Source: Chloroflexota bacterium
GTDB taxonomy: Bacteria; Chloroflexota; Dehalococcoidia; Bin125
Direction of reading: 5' to 3'
Length of the DNA: 64,000 nucleotides
Assembly (NCBI GenBank): GCA_003228175.2
Contig: QGNQ01000008.1
Coordinates: 1,354 to 65,353 of the forward strand
Below are positions 8,666 through 18,374 of this stretch, in pieces. The translations under genes and the position numbers were made by a program. Within the stretch, counting starts at the first letter, position 1; each line of letters opens with the position of its first letter. Under the pieces are notes generated by a model. The model had not been told where the DNA came from and did no database searches. It worked only from the letters and a program-made list of their open reading frames with translations.

Positions 8666-10354
8666 CTAAATGGCGCTCCGTCGCCGGAACCAGATCGCGG
8701 CGCCCAGGCCAAGCGCGACCAGCAAACCCAGCGCGATCTCCACTGCCAGCAATGAACTGGAGCCCCCGTCCTCACCCAGCGCGGCATCCAGCTCCAGCCG
8801 TTCGCCGTCCCTCTCGGCCGCCAGCCCCGCCGCGACACCGCCGGGCTCCCGTCCCTCATCCTTGCCCGCCGCGGCCTCCCGATCAGCGGGCGATTCGCCT
8901 TCGGCTCGATCGCCGGCTGTTTCGCCCTCAACCCGCTCGACAGGCCGGGAACCCTCCGAATCGTCCGAGCCGCGGTCGCTCGTGGCGTCGTCACCGCGGG
9001 ACCCGGGCGAGCGGTCGCCACGCGCCGGTCCATCATCCTCCGCCCGCGCCGGCGGATCCTCCGCGACCGTGTCCTCGGCATCGGCGCTGGGCTCGTTGCC
9101 CCGGCTCGGTCGCGACTCCGCCTCCGCGGTCTCTTCAACTGCCTCGTCGGCACTCGCATCCGTAGCATCATCGGCAGCCTCGTCCGACACCTCCGGCGCG
9201 CCCTCCGGCGGCGCGACGGACTGGGCTTGCTCCGTCTCTGCCTCCGGCGGGCTATCCGCGGAGTCCTCGCCGGCGGCGCTGTCCTCGGCCGCCTCATCGA
9301 CGGACTGCGCGCTCTCGGTGTCGGCGGGCGGATCGCTCTGCTCAGCGGCGGACTCGTCGGTCGTCGTGGCGTCGGGGTCGGCGTCAGGGTCGTCGGTAGT
9401 CGCTTCGGCCTCAGCGGCGGCCGGCGCCGACGCTTGGTCCGTCGCCGCGGGCGCCTCTGCCGATTCGTCCTCTGGCGTATCCGCGACGGCCTCCGCCTCT
9501 GCCGCGGTCTCCGCGCTCTGCTCCGCCGCAACAGGAGCGCTCTGCTCCGCAGCCTCGGCCTCGTCGGGCTCCGGCGATTCAGTCACCGTCTCATCCGACT
9601 GCTCGGCGGCGACCGCGGGCGGCGCCTCCGCTGCGGCCGGCGCGCTCTCCGACTCGGGCTCCTCTTCGGCGGCCTGCGCCGCCGCCGTCTGCGGCGCCTC
9701 CGACTCTTGGCTGGTCTCCGCCGCCTCGTCGGGATCGTCCGCGGCGGCCACTGCCGGCGGCACTGCCGGCGACACCTCCGGCGCCTCATTCGCGGGCGCG
9801 GCCGACGCATCGGCCGACTGCTCGGTCGCCGACTCCGCCTGCGCGCTGCTCTGCGCATCGACCGTGTCGGCCTGCTCCAGCGCCGCGACGGTGACGCCCT
9901 CGTCGTCAGCGCTCTGCACGGCCCCGTCCTCGACTACCGCGGCCGTGCTGCGTGCGTCGCGCAGCGGCGAAACGCCGTCGTCCTGTGTGAGATCCACCAC
10001 AACAACAGCGACCAGGGCGGCGGCGGCCAAAGCCGTCGCGGCGCTGGCCAAGCGCATCGCCCGCAGCCCCCGTCCGGCCCCGGTCACGGCGCCGCCCATC
10101 ACGCCACGGGCTGCGCCGGACATCGCGTGGGCGTCGCGCGCGGAGATCGTGTAATCACGACGCGGCTGCGGCGCGGGCATCGCCGCCAGCATGGACTTCA
10201 TCTCCCGCAGGTCGTCCACGTAGTCGCGCATCGCGGCGTCGGTCTTGAGCAGGGGCGCGAAGGCATCCGCCTCGCGCGCGGACAGTTGCCCATCCACGAA
10301 GGCGGAGGCCTGCTCTTGGGGGTCGCGCTGACGCCGGAAACGGCCGCCGATCAC
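8666..10354 (-). CDS. Anti-sigma factor: N-terminal anti-sigma domain, TM helix, acidic low-complexity region of about 400 aa, second C-terminal TM helix
   Basis: GTG 10354 overlaps the sigma-gene stop (GTGA). ..FVDGQLSAREADAFAPLLKTDAAMRDYVDDLREMKSML.. then TM ASAATALAAAALVAVVVV. Tail GGSSSLLAVEIALGLLVALGLGAAIWFRRRSAI. Confidence 0.75.
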   Translation of the reverse strand: MIGGRFRRQRDPQEQASAFVDGQLSAREADAFAPLLKTDAAMRDYVDDLREMKSMLAAMPAPQPRRDYTISARDAHAMSGAARGVMGGAVTGAGRGLRAMRLASAATALAAAALVAVVVVDLTQDDGVSPLRDARSTAAVVEDGAVQSADDEGVTVAALEQADTVDAQSSAQAESATEQSADASAAPANEAPEVSPAVPPAVAAADDPDEAAETSQESEAPQTAAAQAAEEEPESESAPAAAEAPPAVAAEQSDETVTESPEPDEAEAAEQSAPVAAEQSAETAAEAEAVADTPEDESAEAPAATDQASAPAAAEAEATTDDPDADPDATTTDESAAEQSDPPADTESAQSVDEAAEDSAAGEDSADSPPEAETEQAQSVAPPEGAPEVSDEAADDATDASADEAVEETAEAESRPSRGNEPSADAEDTVAEDPPARAEDDGPARGDRSPGSRGDDATSDRGSDDSEGSRPVERVEGETAGDRAEGESPADREAAAGKDEGREPGGVAAGLAAERDGERLELDAALGEDGGSSSLLAVEIALGLLVALGLGAAIWFRRRSAI

Positions 10355-11019
10355 GAGGGACTCCTTGCTGACGAGGACGCACCGGCCTCGTGATCTGCAT
10401 GACGCGTGCGCCCGCCGGGCAGTTCCCCGCGTTCGCTCAGGAAGTCCCTTAATCGGGCGCGCCCACGACTGATCCGCGACTTGACGGTGCCTACCGACGT
10501 CCCCATCGACTCCGCAATCTCCTCGTATGCCAGGCCGTGTACATCCGAAAGGAGTACCGCTTGTCGTTGCTCTTCTGGGAGCAACTGCAGGCCCTCCTGG
10601 ATCACGCCCACCGTTTCCACCCCCTGGGCATGCCCCTCCGGCGATCGTTCGCGCGAAGGCGGTGCGACGCTGTCGCCGCCGTCCTCCAGCAGCGAATCCA
10701 GCGAATCCGCGGGACGGCGCTTGCGCTTGCGCAGTTCGTCGCGGCACTGATTGCCGGCGATGCGCAGGATCCAAGCTTGGAATGAGCCGCCTCGGTAGCC
10801 GCCAATGCCCCGCCAAGCCGAGATGAACGTGTCCTGCGAGGCGTCTTCAGCGGCAGCGGGCGACGAGAGCATGCGCACGCAAAGCCCAAACACCGGCCGC
10901 TGATACCGACCCACGAGCGCATTGAACGCGTCCAACTCGCCCTGCTTCGCGCGTTCGGCGAGATCATCATCGGTGGGGGCGTCTGGGGGGATCGGGGTCG
11001 GCATGGGTCGGCCCGTCAA
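10351..11019 (-). CDS. ECF-type RNA polymerase sigma-70 family factor
   Basis: ..AFNALVGRYQRPVFGLCVRML..AEDASQDTFISAW (region 2) and ..LSDVHGLAYEEIAESMGTSVGTVKSRISRGRARL (region 4). Confidence 0.9.
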   Translation of the reverse strand: MTGRPMPTPIPPDAPTDDDLAERAKQGELDAFNALVGRYQRPVFGLCVRMLSSPAAAEDASQDTFISAWRGIGGYRGGSFQAWILRIAGNQCRDELRKRKRRPADSLDSLLEDGGDSVAPPSRERSPEGHAQGVETVGVIQEGLQLLPEEQRQAVLLSDVHGLAYEEIAESMGTSVGTVKSRISRGRARLRDFLSERGELPGGRTRHADHEAGASSSARSPS

Positions 11020-11276
11020 CTCCTTGTGCGCCGCCCGTCCGGCGCCCGCCTGCGCGGGTCGCCGAGCGGCTTCGGCCGGTCCACTGGCGCGGGCATGCCG
11101 GAAGTTCGTGGATTGTACCAGCGGTCTGCGTCCGCCCCACCGTCAGTGTTCACGCCATGATCGGCGATCCCATACCCCGATAGCCCGCGTCCGACCCCGG
11201 CCCTAGGCTAGATCAGGCGCGGCGGTTCGGACAGCCAGCGCCACCGCTCGCCGGTCGCGCGCTGGGCAAGGCAGCT

Positions 11277-12014
11277 ATGCAACGACTTCGCTACGGCGCC
11301 ACCCGCGACGTCCTCGAGACTGTGCTGCTGGCCCTGATCGTCTTCCTGCTGGCGCGGGAAGTCGTGCAGAACTTCCAGGTGGAGGGCTCCAGCATGAGCC
11401 CCACCCTGCACGACTCCGACTTCGTACTCGTCAACAAGTTCGCCTACAAGCAGGTCGATATGGGCCCCTTCGACTTCCTGCTCCCCGGGCGCAGCAACGG
11501 CGAATTCCTCTTCGGCGGCCCCTCCCGCGGCGACGTCGTGGTCTTCCACTCCCCGGCCGATCCCACGCGCGACTTCGTCAAGCGCGTCATCGGCGAGCCC
11601 GGCGACCGCATTCAGATCAGCAACGGCGAAGTGCGCATCAACGGCCAGCAACTCGACGAATCGCAGTACATCCTCTCCGATCCCGCCTATCGCTATCCCC
11701 AGCCGGGGATGCCGGCCGTCGTGCCCCCGGAGCACTACTTCGTCCTGGGCGACAACCGCAACGCGAGCCAGGATTCGCACGTCTTCGGCCCCATCCATCA
11801 GCGCCTCTTCGTAGGCGAGGTCATCTTCCGCTGGCTCCCCCTGGACGCGATCGGCGGCGGCGGCAGCCGAGATCTGATCGCGATCGACGGCAGCGTGATC
11901 CACGACCCTGACGAGACCGATGTGATCGAAGTGCGCCGACCAAGCCCGGACCGGGAAGAGGTGGATGTGCCAACGCTGATGCTGGGAGCCGTCCTCGCAG
12001 GAACGACAACATGA
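11277..12014 (+). CDS. lepB: Signal peptidase I
   Basis: VEGSSMSPTL (catalytic Ser box), GDVVVF..DFVKRVIGEPGD, FVLGDNRNASQDS. Confidence 0.9.
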   Translation: MQRLRYGATRDVLETVLLALIVFLLAREVVQNFQVEGSSMSPTLHDSDFVLVNKFAYKQVDMGPFDFLLPGRSNGEFLFGGPSRGDVVVFHSPADPTRDFVKRVIGEPGDRIQISNGEVRINGQQLDESQYILSDPAYRYPQPGMPAVVPPEHYFVLGDNRNASQDSHVFGPIHQRLFVGEVIFRWLPLDAIGGGGSRDLIAIDGSVIHDPDETDVIEVRRPSPDREEVDVPTLMLGAVLAGTTT

Positions 12015-12577
12015 GCGACGCCGGCGACGCCCTGGACTTGCTCCGACAAGCCGGCGCGGTTCTGGACGGACACTTCCGCTACGCCTCCGGGCGGCACGGC
12101 CCCATGTACGTCGAGAAGTTCCGCCTGCTGGAGGACCCCGTCGCCACCAGCGAGCTCTGCAAGACGCTCGCGGCCGAGCTGCGCTCCCACGACGTCGAGC
12201 TGGTCGTGGGACCAACGACCGGCGGCGTCATCGTGGGCTATGAGATGGCGCGACAGTTGGGCCTGCACTCCTACATCGCCGAGCGCGACGGCGACGGCGA
12301 CGAGCGCGCGTTGCTGCGTGGCTTCGTCGTCAAGCCCGGCCAGCGCACCTTGATCGTCGACGACGTCCTCACCACCGGCGGCTCCGTGCGACAGACCATT
12401 GCCGCCGTCGAACGGGCCGGCGGCCTGCCCGTCGCCGTGGGCGTGCTGATCGACCGCAGCGGCGGCCGCACTCACTTCGGTCTCCCCTTCGGCGCGGGCA
12501 TGACCCTGGACGTCGCTTCGTTCGCGAGCGAGGACTGCGCGCAGTGCGCCGCCGCTGAGCCGCTCATCGAGACCTAA
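12011..12577 (+). CDS. pyrE: Orotate phosphoribosyltransferase
   Basis: GHFRYASGRHGPMYVEK.., PRPP-binding loop TLIVDDVLTTGGS; ATGA overlap with lepB. Confidence 0.8.
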   Translation: MSDAGDALDLLRQAGAVLDGHFRYASGRHGPMYVEKFRLLEDPVATSELCKTLAAELRSHDVELVVGPTTGGVIVGYEMARQLGLHSYIAERDGDGDERALLRGFVVKPGQRTLIVDDVLTTGGSVRQTIAAVERAGGLPVAVGVLIDRSGGRTHFGLPFGAGMTLDVASFASEDCAQCAAAEPLIET

Positions 12578-12600
12578 CCCGGCCTCTCACCCGATCGGCG

Positions 12601-13334
12601 CTAGACGTAGACCGACAGGTCCGCCGCGCGAACGAAGAACCCCGGCGCGATGCCGGCTGCGTCGGCCAGCACCGACATCACGACGACGAACAGACTGAAG
12701 CCCACCAGATTCGCCACCAGCACCTCCCGGCGGGAGGCCTCCGGCACCGACGCGTCGATCGCCGCGTTGCTCGACGCGAACCAGGCCAGCACCGTCAGCA
12801 GCCCCACCGCGAAGCCCAGCGCCGGCACCACCATGAACACCGCCCTCGCCACCGGGAAGGCGCCGTAGCCCATCGTCCGTAGCAGGCGCGTCCCGGGCGC
12901 GTGCCGCCCAAAGACCGACTGCAACATCACATGCACGCCGACCACCCAAACGCCCCAGACGGCCAGAGCGAAGATCAAGCCCAGCGCCACTTCCCGCACC
13001 AGGATGCGACCGGTGGACAGCCCCTCGCTCTCCACGATCAGCCACAGCCATCCCCCCAGGGCAGCCAGCAGCAACGCGACGCCAGCACAACGAGACCCGC
13101 GCCGAGCGTCTGGCTGGCGTCGTCTCGGACTTCGCGGAAGACGGCCGGATCGAGCCGCGCCAGTCGCCGCACGCGACCCAGGATCAGCCACAGGTCGATG
13201 ACCTGATCGGTGCGCGAATCGTCGGAGCCGCCGGGCAACCGCGCATGTCGCGGCCCATCGGCACGCTCGGCGTCCGCTTGCTCCGGCATCGAGGGACGAG
13301 AGATTGGGCGGGGACCGCCCACAGAGAAGGCCAT
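12601..13334 (-). pseudogene. Yip1-family multi-pass membrane protein, apparently split by a frameshift near 13075-13088
   Basis: N-terminal part in ORF 13038..13334 (..LARLDPAVFREVRDDASQTLGAGLVVLA). It continues in another frame, the ORF 12601..13668 frame (VALLLAALGGWLWLIVESEGL.. plus 4 more TM helices). Confidence 0.45.
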
Positions 13335-13493
13335 GCGATCGCTCAGTCCGATCGCCCCGCGGTCGCCAAAACCGATCTCTAGTATACCGCCCGACCGTCA
13401 CACAAACGACGGCTACGTATACTCGGCCCACCCGTCCCGGCCGATCGCCGATCGCCGATCGCCGCGATACGGCCCAGCGACCAGGAGGAGCGC

Positions 13494-14390
13494 ATGAACG
13501 ACGCACCAATCTCCGCGCAGGACCCCTACACCCGCAAGCGCATCGCCGTCCTGGACAGCGAAATCGCCTACATCGATGCGGCCCAAGTGGGCGCACGCAG
13601 TGGCGACAGCATCGTCTTCCTGCACGGCAACCCGACCTCCTCGTACTTGTGGCGCAACGTGATCCCACACTGCACCTCGCTGGGCCGCTGCCTGGCCCCG
13701 GACCTGATCGGGATGGGCGAGTCGGGCAAGAACCCGGCCGGCTCCTACCGCTTCGTCGATCACGCCCGCTACCTCGACGCTTGGCTCGACGCCGTCGACG
13801 TGGGCGATGCCGTGACGCTCGTGATCCACGACTGGGGATCAGCGCTGGGCTTCCACTGGGCGAACCGGCATCGCGACCGCGTTAAAGGCATCGTCTTCAT
13901 GGAGGCGATCGTGCGACCGATGACCTGGGACGAGTGGCCCCAGGCCGCGCGCCGGGTTTTCGAGGGCTTCCGCTCTGAGGCGGGCGAGGACATGGTGCTG
14001 GAGAAGAACATCTTCATCGAGCGTGTCCTGCCCGGCAGCGTCATCCACGCGCTCACCGATGAGGAGATGGCGGTCTATCGCCGGCCCTTCGCGCAGGCAG
14101 GCGAGTCCCGCCGCCCAACCCTCACGTGGCCGCGCGAGATCCCGATCGATGGAGAGCCCGCGGACGTCACCGAGATCGTGCAGGCCTACGCCAATTGGCT
14201 CAGCGCCAGCGACCTGCCCAAGCTCCTGATCAACGCCGAGCCCGGCGCGATCCTCAACGGCCCCCAACTGGACTTCGCACGGGCCTGGCCCAACACCACG
14301 GAGGTCACCGTGCCGGGCGCCCACTTCATCCAGGAAGACTCCCCGGACGCGATCGGCCGCGCCATCGCCAACTGGCACGCGGCGCAGTAG
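13494..14390 (+). CDS. Haloalkane dehalogenase (HLD-II, DhaA/LinB-like)
   Basis: [14 protein letters not shown], nucleophile elbow [26 protein letters not shown]; 298 aa; SD-like aggagg upstream. Confidence 0.9.
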   Translation: MNDAPISAQDPYTRKRIAVLDSEIAYIDAAQVGARSGDSIVFLHGNPTSSYLWRNVIPHCTSLGRCLAPDLIGMGESGKNPAGSYRFVDHARYLDAWLDAVDVGDAVTLVIHDWGSALGFHWANRHRDRVKGIVFMEAIVRPMTWDEWPQAARRVFEGFRSEAGEDMVLEKNIFIERVLPGSVIHALTDEEMAVYRRPFAQAGESRRPTLTWPREIPIDGEPADVTEIVQAYANWLSASDLPKLLINAEPGAILNGPQLDFARAWPNTTEVTVPGAHFIQEDSPDAIGRAIANWHAAQ

Positions 14391-14401
14391 CCCAACCAGC
14401 G

Positions 14402-15190
14402 CTACTCACCCCGGAAGTTCGGCGCCCGCTTCTCCAGGAACGCCTGGATGCCCTCGCGACCGTCGGCCGTGGCGGACATCTTCGCGATCGCCTGGGTCTC
14501 CAGCTCCATCTGCGTCTCCAACGTCTCCACCAGGCCGCTGTGCAGCAGGCGTCGGGCTTCGCCCATCGCGAGAGTCGGCCCGGCGGCGATCTGCTCTGCC
14601 AGCTGCGTCGCTTCGGCAAGCAGCTGATCGTCGGGCACGACCCGCCCCACAATGCCGTATTCCTGCGCCTGCGCCGCGCTCAGCACCGTGTTCGTCAGCG
14701 TCAGATCCAACGCCCGACGCAGCCCCACCTTGCGCGGCAGGAAATACGTCGACGACCCGTCAGGGGTAAGGCCGGCCTTCGTGTAGGCCATCGTGAACAC
14801 CGCCGACTCCGCCGCCACCGCCAGGTCGCAGCTACAGACCAGACTCATGCCGGCCCCTGCCGCCGTACCGTTGACCGCCGCGACCAGCGGCGCGTCGCCG
14901 CGCGTGAATCGCGAGACGGCGGCGTGCAAGTACGTCGTGACCTCCTTCATGTGCGACGGCAGATCGTCGCCCTGGGCCGCGAACGATTTCAGATCGCCGC
15001 CGGCGCAGAAGAAGCGCCCCGCGCCCGTGATCAAAATCGCGCGCACGGCCGGGTCCGCGTCCGTCTGCAACGACGCATCCATCAAGTCGCGCCCCAGTTG
15101 GAGATTGAGTGCGTTCGCCGCATCGGGCCGGTTGAGCGTGATATGCGCCACGTGGTTGCGCACGTCGTAGGTCAAAGTGTCGTAGGCCAC
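14402..15190 (-). CDS. Enoyl-CoA hydratase/isomerase family protein
   Basis: ITLNRPDAANALN..ILITGAGRFFCAGGDLK..AAVNGTAAGAGMSL. Confidence 0.85.
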   Translation of the reverse strand: MAYDTLTYDVRNHVAHITLNRPDAANALNLQLGRDLMDASLQTDADPAVRAILITGAGRFFCAGGDLKSFAAQGDDLPSHMKEVTTYLHAAVSRFTRGDAPLVAAVNGTAAGAGMSLVCSCDLAVAAESAVFTMAYTKAGLTPDGSSTYFLPRKVGLRRALDLTLTNTVLSAAQAQEYGIVGRVVPDDQLLAEATQLAEQIAAGPTLAMGEARRLLHSGLVETLETQMELETQAIAKMSATADGREGIQAFLEKRAPNFRGE

Positions 15191-15385
15191 AGCATCGCCT
15201 TTCGGGGCGAAACGCCCCCAGTCGGTGGGACGCCGGTGGGTGGCGCCGCGGCAATACTCGCGGCGCGCCCCCGATCAGACAACCGCGACAACTGCGCCCG
15301 GCGCCCGGCGCGGGACTATGCTCGAAAGAACAATCGGCGCCGCGCGGGTAAGCCCGTCGCGAGCCGCAGCGATCGGGGATCATCA

Positions 15386-16690
15386 ATGTCGATTGTGCAG
15401 CGTTCACGCGGCCTCAAAGTGCCCCTGCTGGGGGATTCGGCCAAGGAGCTGATCAAGCCCGTCGTAATCAAGGGCCTGCTGCTCAAGGAGCGCGTGCAGT
15501 CCGGCTCGGTCTACGCACCGCTCGACGACGGCTTCCAACAAGATCCCTACCCGGCCTATCGAGCGCTCCGCGCCAAGGATCCCGTGCACTGGAGCGAGCT
15601 GTCGCGCGGCTGGGTCTTCTCCCGCTTCGAGCACGTCGACGCCATCCTGCGCGACCACGAACGCTTCGGCTCGGACGAACGTCGCGCCGGCGGCGCCGCC
15701 CCTGAGTACAAGCCGCCCTTCCCTGAGGGCCGCAGCATCCTGGTCATGGATCCGCCGGACCACACACGTCTGCGCGGCCTCGTCGCGCGCGCGTTCACAC
15801 CGCGCGCGATCGCGGAGATGGAGCCGCGCATCAAGCAGATCGTCGATGACGTGCTCGCCGACGTGCCCGACAACGAGTCGTTCGACATCATGGAGAAGCT
15901 CGCCTACCCGCTGCCGGTCCGTGTGATCGCGGAGATGCTGGGCGTGCCCGCCGAGGATCAGGACCGCTTCAAGGACTGGTCGGACCGGGTGGCGCGCATC
16001 CTGGAGCCCACCATCACCTCGGGCGAAATGTCCGGCGCCGTCGCCGCCGCCGAGGAGCTCAGCGACTACTTCCGCGGCATCATCGACCTGCGCCGTGCCG
16101 CCCCGCAGGACGACCTGATCAGCCGCCTCATCGCCGCCGAAGAGGATGGCGAAAAGCTCTCGATGGACGAGATGCTGGCAATGCTGCGGCTGCTCCTCGC
16201 CGCCGGCAACGAGACGACCACCAACCTCATCGGCAACGGCTTGCTGGCCCTCCTGCGACACCCGGATCAACTGCGCCGCCTGCAGAGCGACCCGTCGCTC
16301 ATGGACGGCGCAATCGAGGAGTTGCTGCGCTACGACGGTCCCGTCCAGACCGACGGACGCACCGTCCTGGAAGACATGGAGCTCGAAGGCAAGCAACTCA
16401 AGCGAGGCCAGCGCGCCGTGCTGCTGATCGGTTCCGCCAACCGCGACGCCCGGGTCTTCGAGCGGCCCAACGCGCTCGACATCACCCGAGAGGGCCCGGC
16501 CCACGTCGCCTTCGGACGCGGCATTCACCACTGCATTGGCGCGCCGCTGGCGCGGATGGAAGGGCGCATCGCCTTCACGGCGCTGGTCGAGCACTTCCGC
16601 GAGATCCGGCTCGTCAGCGCCAAGCCGCGCTTCAAGAACAGCGTCGTGCTGCGCGGACTGCGGTCCTTGCCGGTCACCGTCGAACGCTAA
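15386..16690 (+). CDS. Cytochrome P450
   Basis: Heme-binding FGRGIHHCIGAPLAR, I-helix LLLAAGNETT, EELLRY (ExxR). Start set at ATG 15386; the 854-aa track ORF is an upstream over-extension. Confidence 0.9.
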   Translation: MSIVQRSRGLKVPLLGDSAKELIKPVVIKGLLLKERVQSGSVYAPLDDGFQQDPYPAYRALRAKDPVHWSELSRGWVFSRFEHVDAILRDHERFGSDERRAGGAAPEYKPPFPEGRSILVMDPPDHTRLRGLVARAFTPRAIAEMEPRIKQIVDDVLADVPDNESFDIMEKLAYPLPVRVIAEMLGVPAEDQDRFKDWSDRVARILEPTITSGEMSGAVAAAEELSDYFRGIIDLRRAAPQDDLISRLIAAEEDGEKLSMDEMLAMLRLLLAAGNETTTNLIGNGLLALLRHPDQLRRLQSDPSLMDGAIEELLRYDGPVQTDGRTVLEDMELEGKQLKRGQRAVLLIGSANRDARVFERPNALDITREGPAHVAFGRGIHHCIGAPLARMEGRIAFTALVEHFREIRLVSAKPRFKNSVVLRGLRSLPVTVER

Positions 16691-16712
16691 GCGCCCAACC
16701 TCACGCCCCCCG

Positions 16713-18374
16713 CTAGCGCGCCCCGGAGGCCGGCTGCAGCCAGACGACCGCCGCGCTGAGCTGGATCCACACGCCCTCGCCATGGTTCAGCACGCTGGCG
16801 GTATTCAGTGCTGCCGGTGCGCCTGGGCGGAAAATCTCGAAACGCTGGCTGAGTGGGTCGTACCGGTAGATCGCCACCACCGCCGGGCCGAGTGCCTGCG
16901 CGATCTCGCCGATCGAGACGGAGTCTGGCCCCGTCCAGCCGGCCAGGTTGAAGCCAGCCACCAGCGACACCGCCCGCGCCGTATCGACCCCCGGCATGCG
17001 CCAGATCTCGGGCTGGCCGGCGAACACCCAGATGCCCTGTCCCGGCGCGAACGTGAGCAGCGTATTCAGCGACGGCGGAGCGCCGCGGACGAAGGCTCGG
17101 AACTGCTGCGCCGCCCCATCCCAAACGAACACCCGGCTGATCGCCGGCGTCCCGGCGATCGCCAGCGCCACCGGCGTCTCCTCGCCCGTCCAGGCAATCA
17201 AGCTCCAGCCCGCCACCAGTGCCACGCCCCGGTCCGGCGGCGGCGGCGGCGTAAAGCGCTCCGCCGACCCTGCCGCGAGCGGTCCCGTGCCGCCCCCGAT
17301 CACGACGCGCCCGTCCGGCAGCCGTGTGGCGCTGTGGAAGCTCCGCGCCACCACCACGCGATCGAGCAAGGTGCTGGACCCGGCCACGGCCGGGTCGTAC
17401 AGCTCGGCCCCGTCCGCGGCCAATGCGGGCGCGTCGAGCCCGCCCAGGATCAGCACCCGCCCATCGATCAATAACGTCGCGGAGTGACCCTGCCGGGCGC
17501 GCAGCAAAGACGCCACCACATGGAAGCCGCCCGTCGTCGGGTCGAACACTTCCACCACGGAGAGCGTCCGGAACGACGCGTCACGACCGCCACTGATCAG
17601 CACACGCCCGTCCCGTAGCGCGACGCTGGTGTGATCGACGCGCGGCACGACCATCGCTGGGGCATCGCTGAAGCTGCCGCTGACCGGGTCGTAGAACTCG
17701 GACGGGACGGGCGCACCTGTGGGCCCCGCGCCACCCACGATCAGCACCCGCCCGTCGGGCAGCAGCGTGGCCGTGTGCTGGGCGCGCGCGGCCGAAAGCG
17801 CACCGGTCGCGGAGAATCGGTCCGCGATCGGGTCGTAAATCTCAGCGGCGGCCAGCTCCGACCCGGCCCCGCCGCTGATCCCGCCGACGATCAACACCCG
17901 CCCGTCGTCGAGCAGCGTCGCCGTGTGCAGGGCGCGCGGTCCCGCCAATGTCGCGGCGGTCACGAAACCCCCGCTCGCCGCGTCGAAGCGCTCGGCGCTC
18001 GCCACGGGCTCGAAGGGCAGGCTGTTGCCGCCCGCCAGCAGCACGTCGCCGTTCTGCAGCAACGTGGCCGAGTGGCCGTTGCGGGGCAGGCTCATCAAAC
18101 CCGCGTCGACGAAACGGCCCTCGTCGGGAAGGAAAACCTCCGCAGAGGGAGTGTTGAGCGGCGATCCGCCCAGGAAGCCGCCTGTCAGCAGCACCCGGCC
18201 ATCGGCCAGGGCCGTCGCCCCATGGAACGCGCGCGGCGTGACGAGGTCCGGCAACCCCTCGAACGACGCGGGCGACTGGCCACCCGCCGGTCGCGCCGTA
18301 AGCAGCGCGCCAACGATCAGAATCGCGCAGGCAACCAGCGCAACAATGGAGCTAAACCGGCGTCGTAATCGCAC
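16713..18374 (-). CDS. Secreted or membrane-anchored Kelch-repeat beta-propeller protein with two C-terminal copies of an unnamed domain of about 80 aa
   Basis: Seven repeats of the type PR..H(S/T)ATLL.DGRVLIVGG. N-terminal hydrophobic anchor SSIVALVACAILIVGALL. Start uncertain (GTG 18374 chosen; track start is 18569). Confidence 0.75.
   Translation of the reverse strand: MRLRRRFSSIVALVACAILIVGALLTARPAGGQSPASFEGLPDLVTPRAFHGATALADGRVLLTGGFLGGSPLNTPSAEVFLPDEGRFVDAGLMSLPRNGHSATLLQNGDVLLAGGNSLPFEPVASAERFDAASGGFVTAATLAGPRALHTATLLDDGRVLIVGGISGGAGSELAAAEIYDPIADRFSATGALSAARAQHTATLLPDGRVLIVGGAGPTGAPVPSEFYDPVSGSFSDAPAMVVPRVDHTSVALRDGRVLISGGRDASFRTLSVVEVFDPTTGGFHVVASLLRARQGHSATLLIDGRVLILGGLDAPALAADGAELYDPAVAGSSTLLDRVVVARSFHSATRLPDGRVVIGGGTGPLAAGSAERFTPPPPPDRGVALVAGWSLIAWTGEETPVALAIAGTPAISRVFVWDGAAQQFRAFVRGAPPSLNTLLTFAPGQGIWVFAGQPEIWRMPGVDTARAVSLVAGFNLAGWTGPDSVSIGEIAQALGPAVVAIYRYDPLSQRFEIFRPGAPAALNTASVLNHGEGVWIQLSAAVVWLQPASGAR

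Noticed and set aside
11020-11276. ECF-type autoregulated promoter (GGAAC-N16-17-CGT) in the sigma/lepB divergent region.
   Set aside because: Only weak partial matches were found (GGAAGT..GTCT on the plus strand, GAAC..CGCA on the minus strand). These are not convincing enough to annotate.
14126-16690. 854-aa ORF containing the P450.
   Set aside because: The first 420 codons are antisense to the enoyl-CoA hydratase gene and Arg-rich. The P450 homology begins at ATG 15386.
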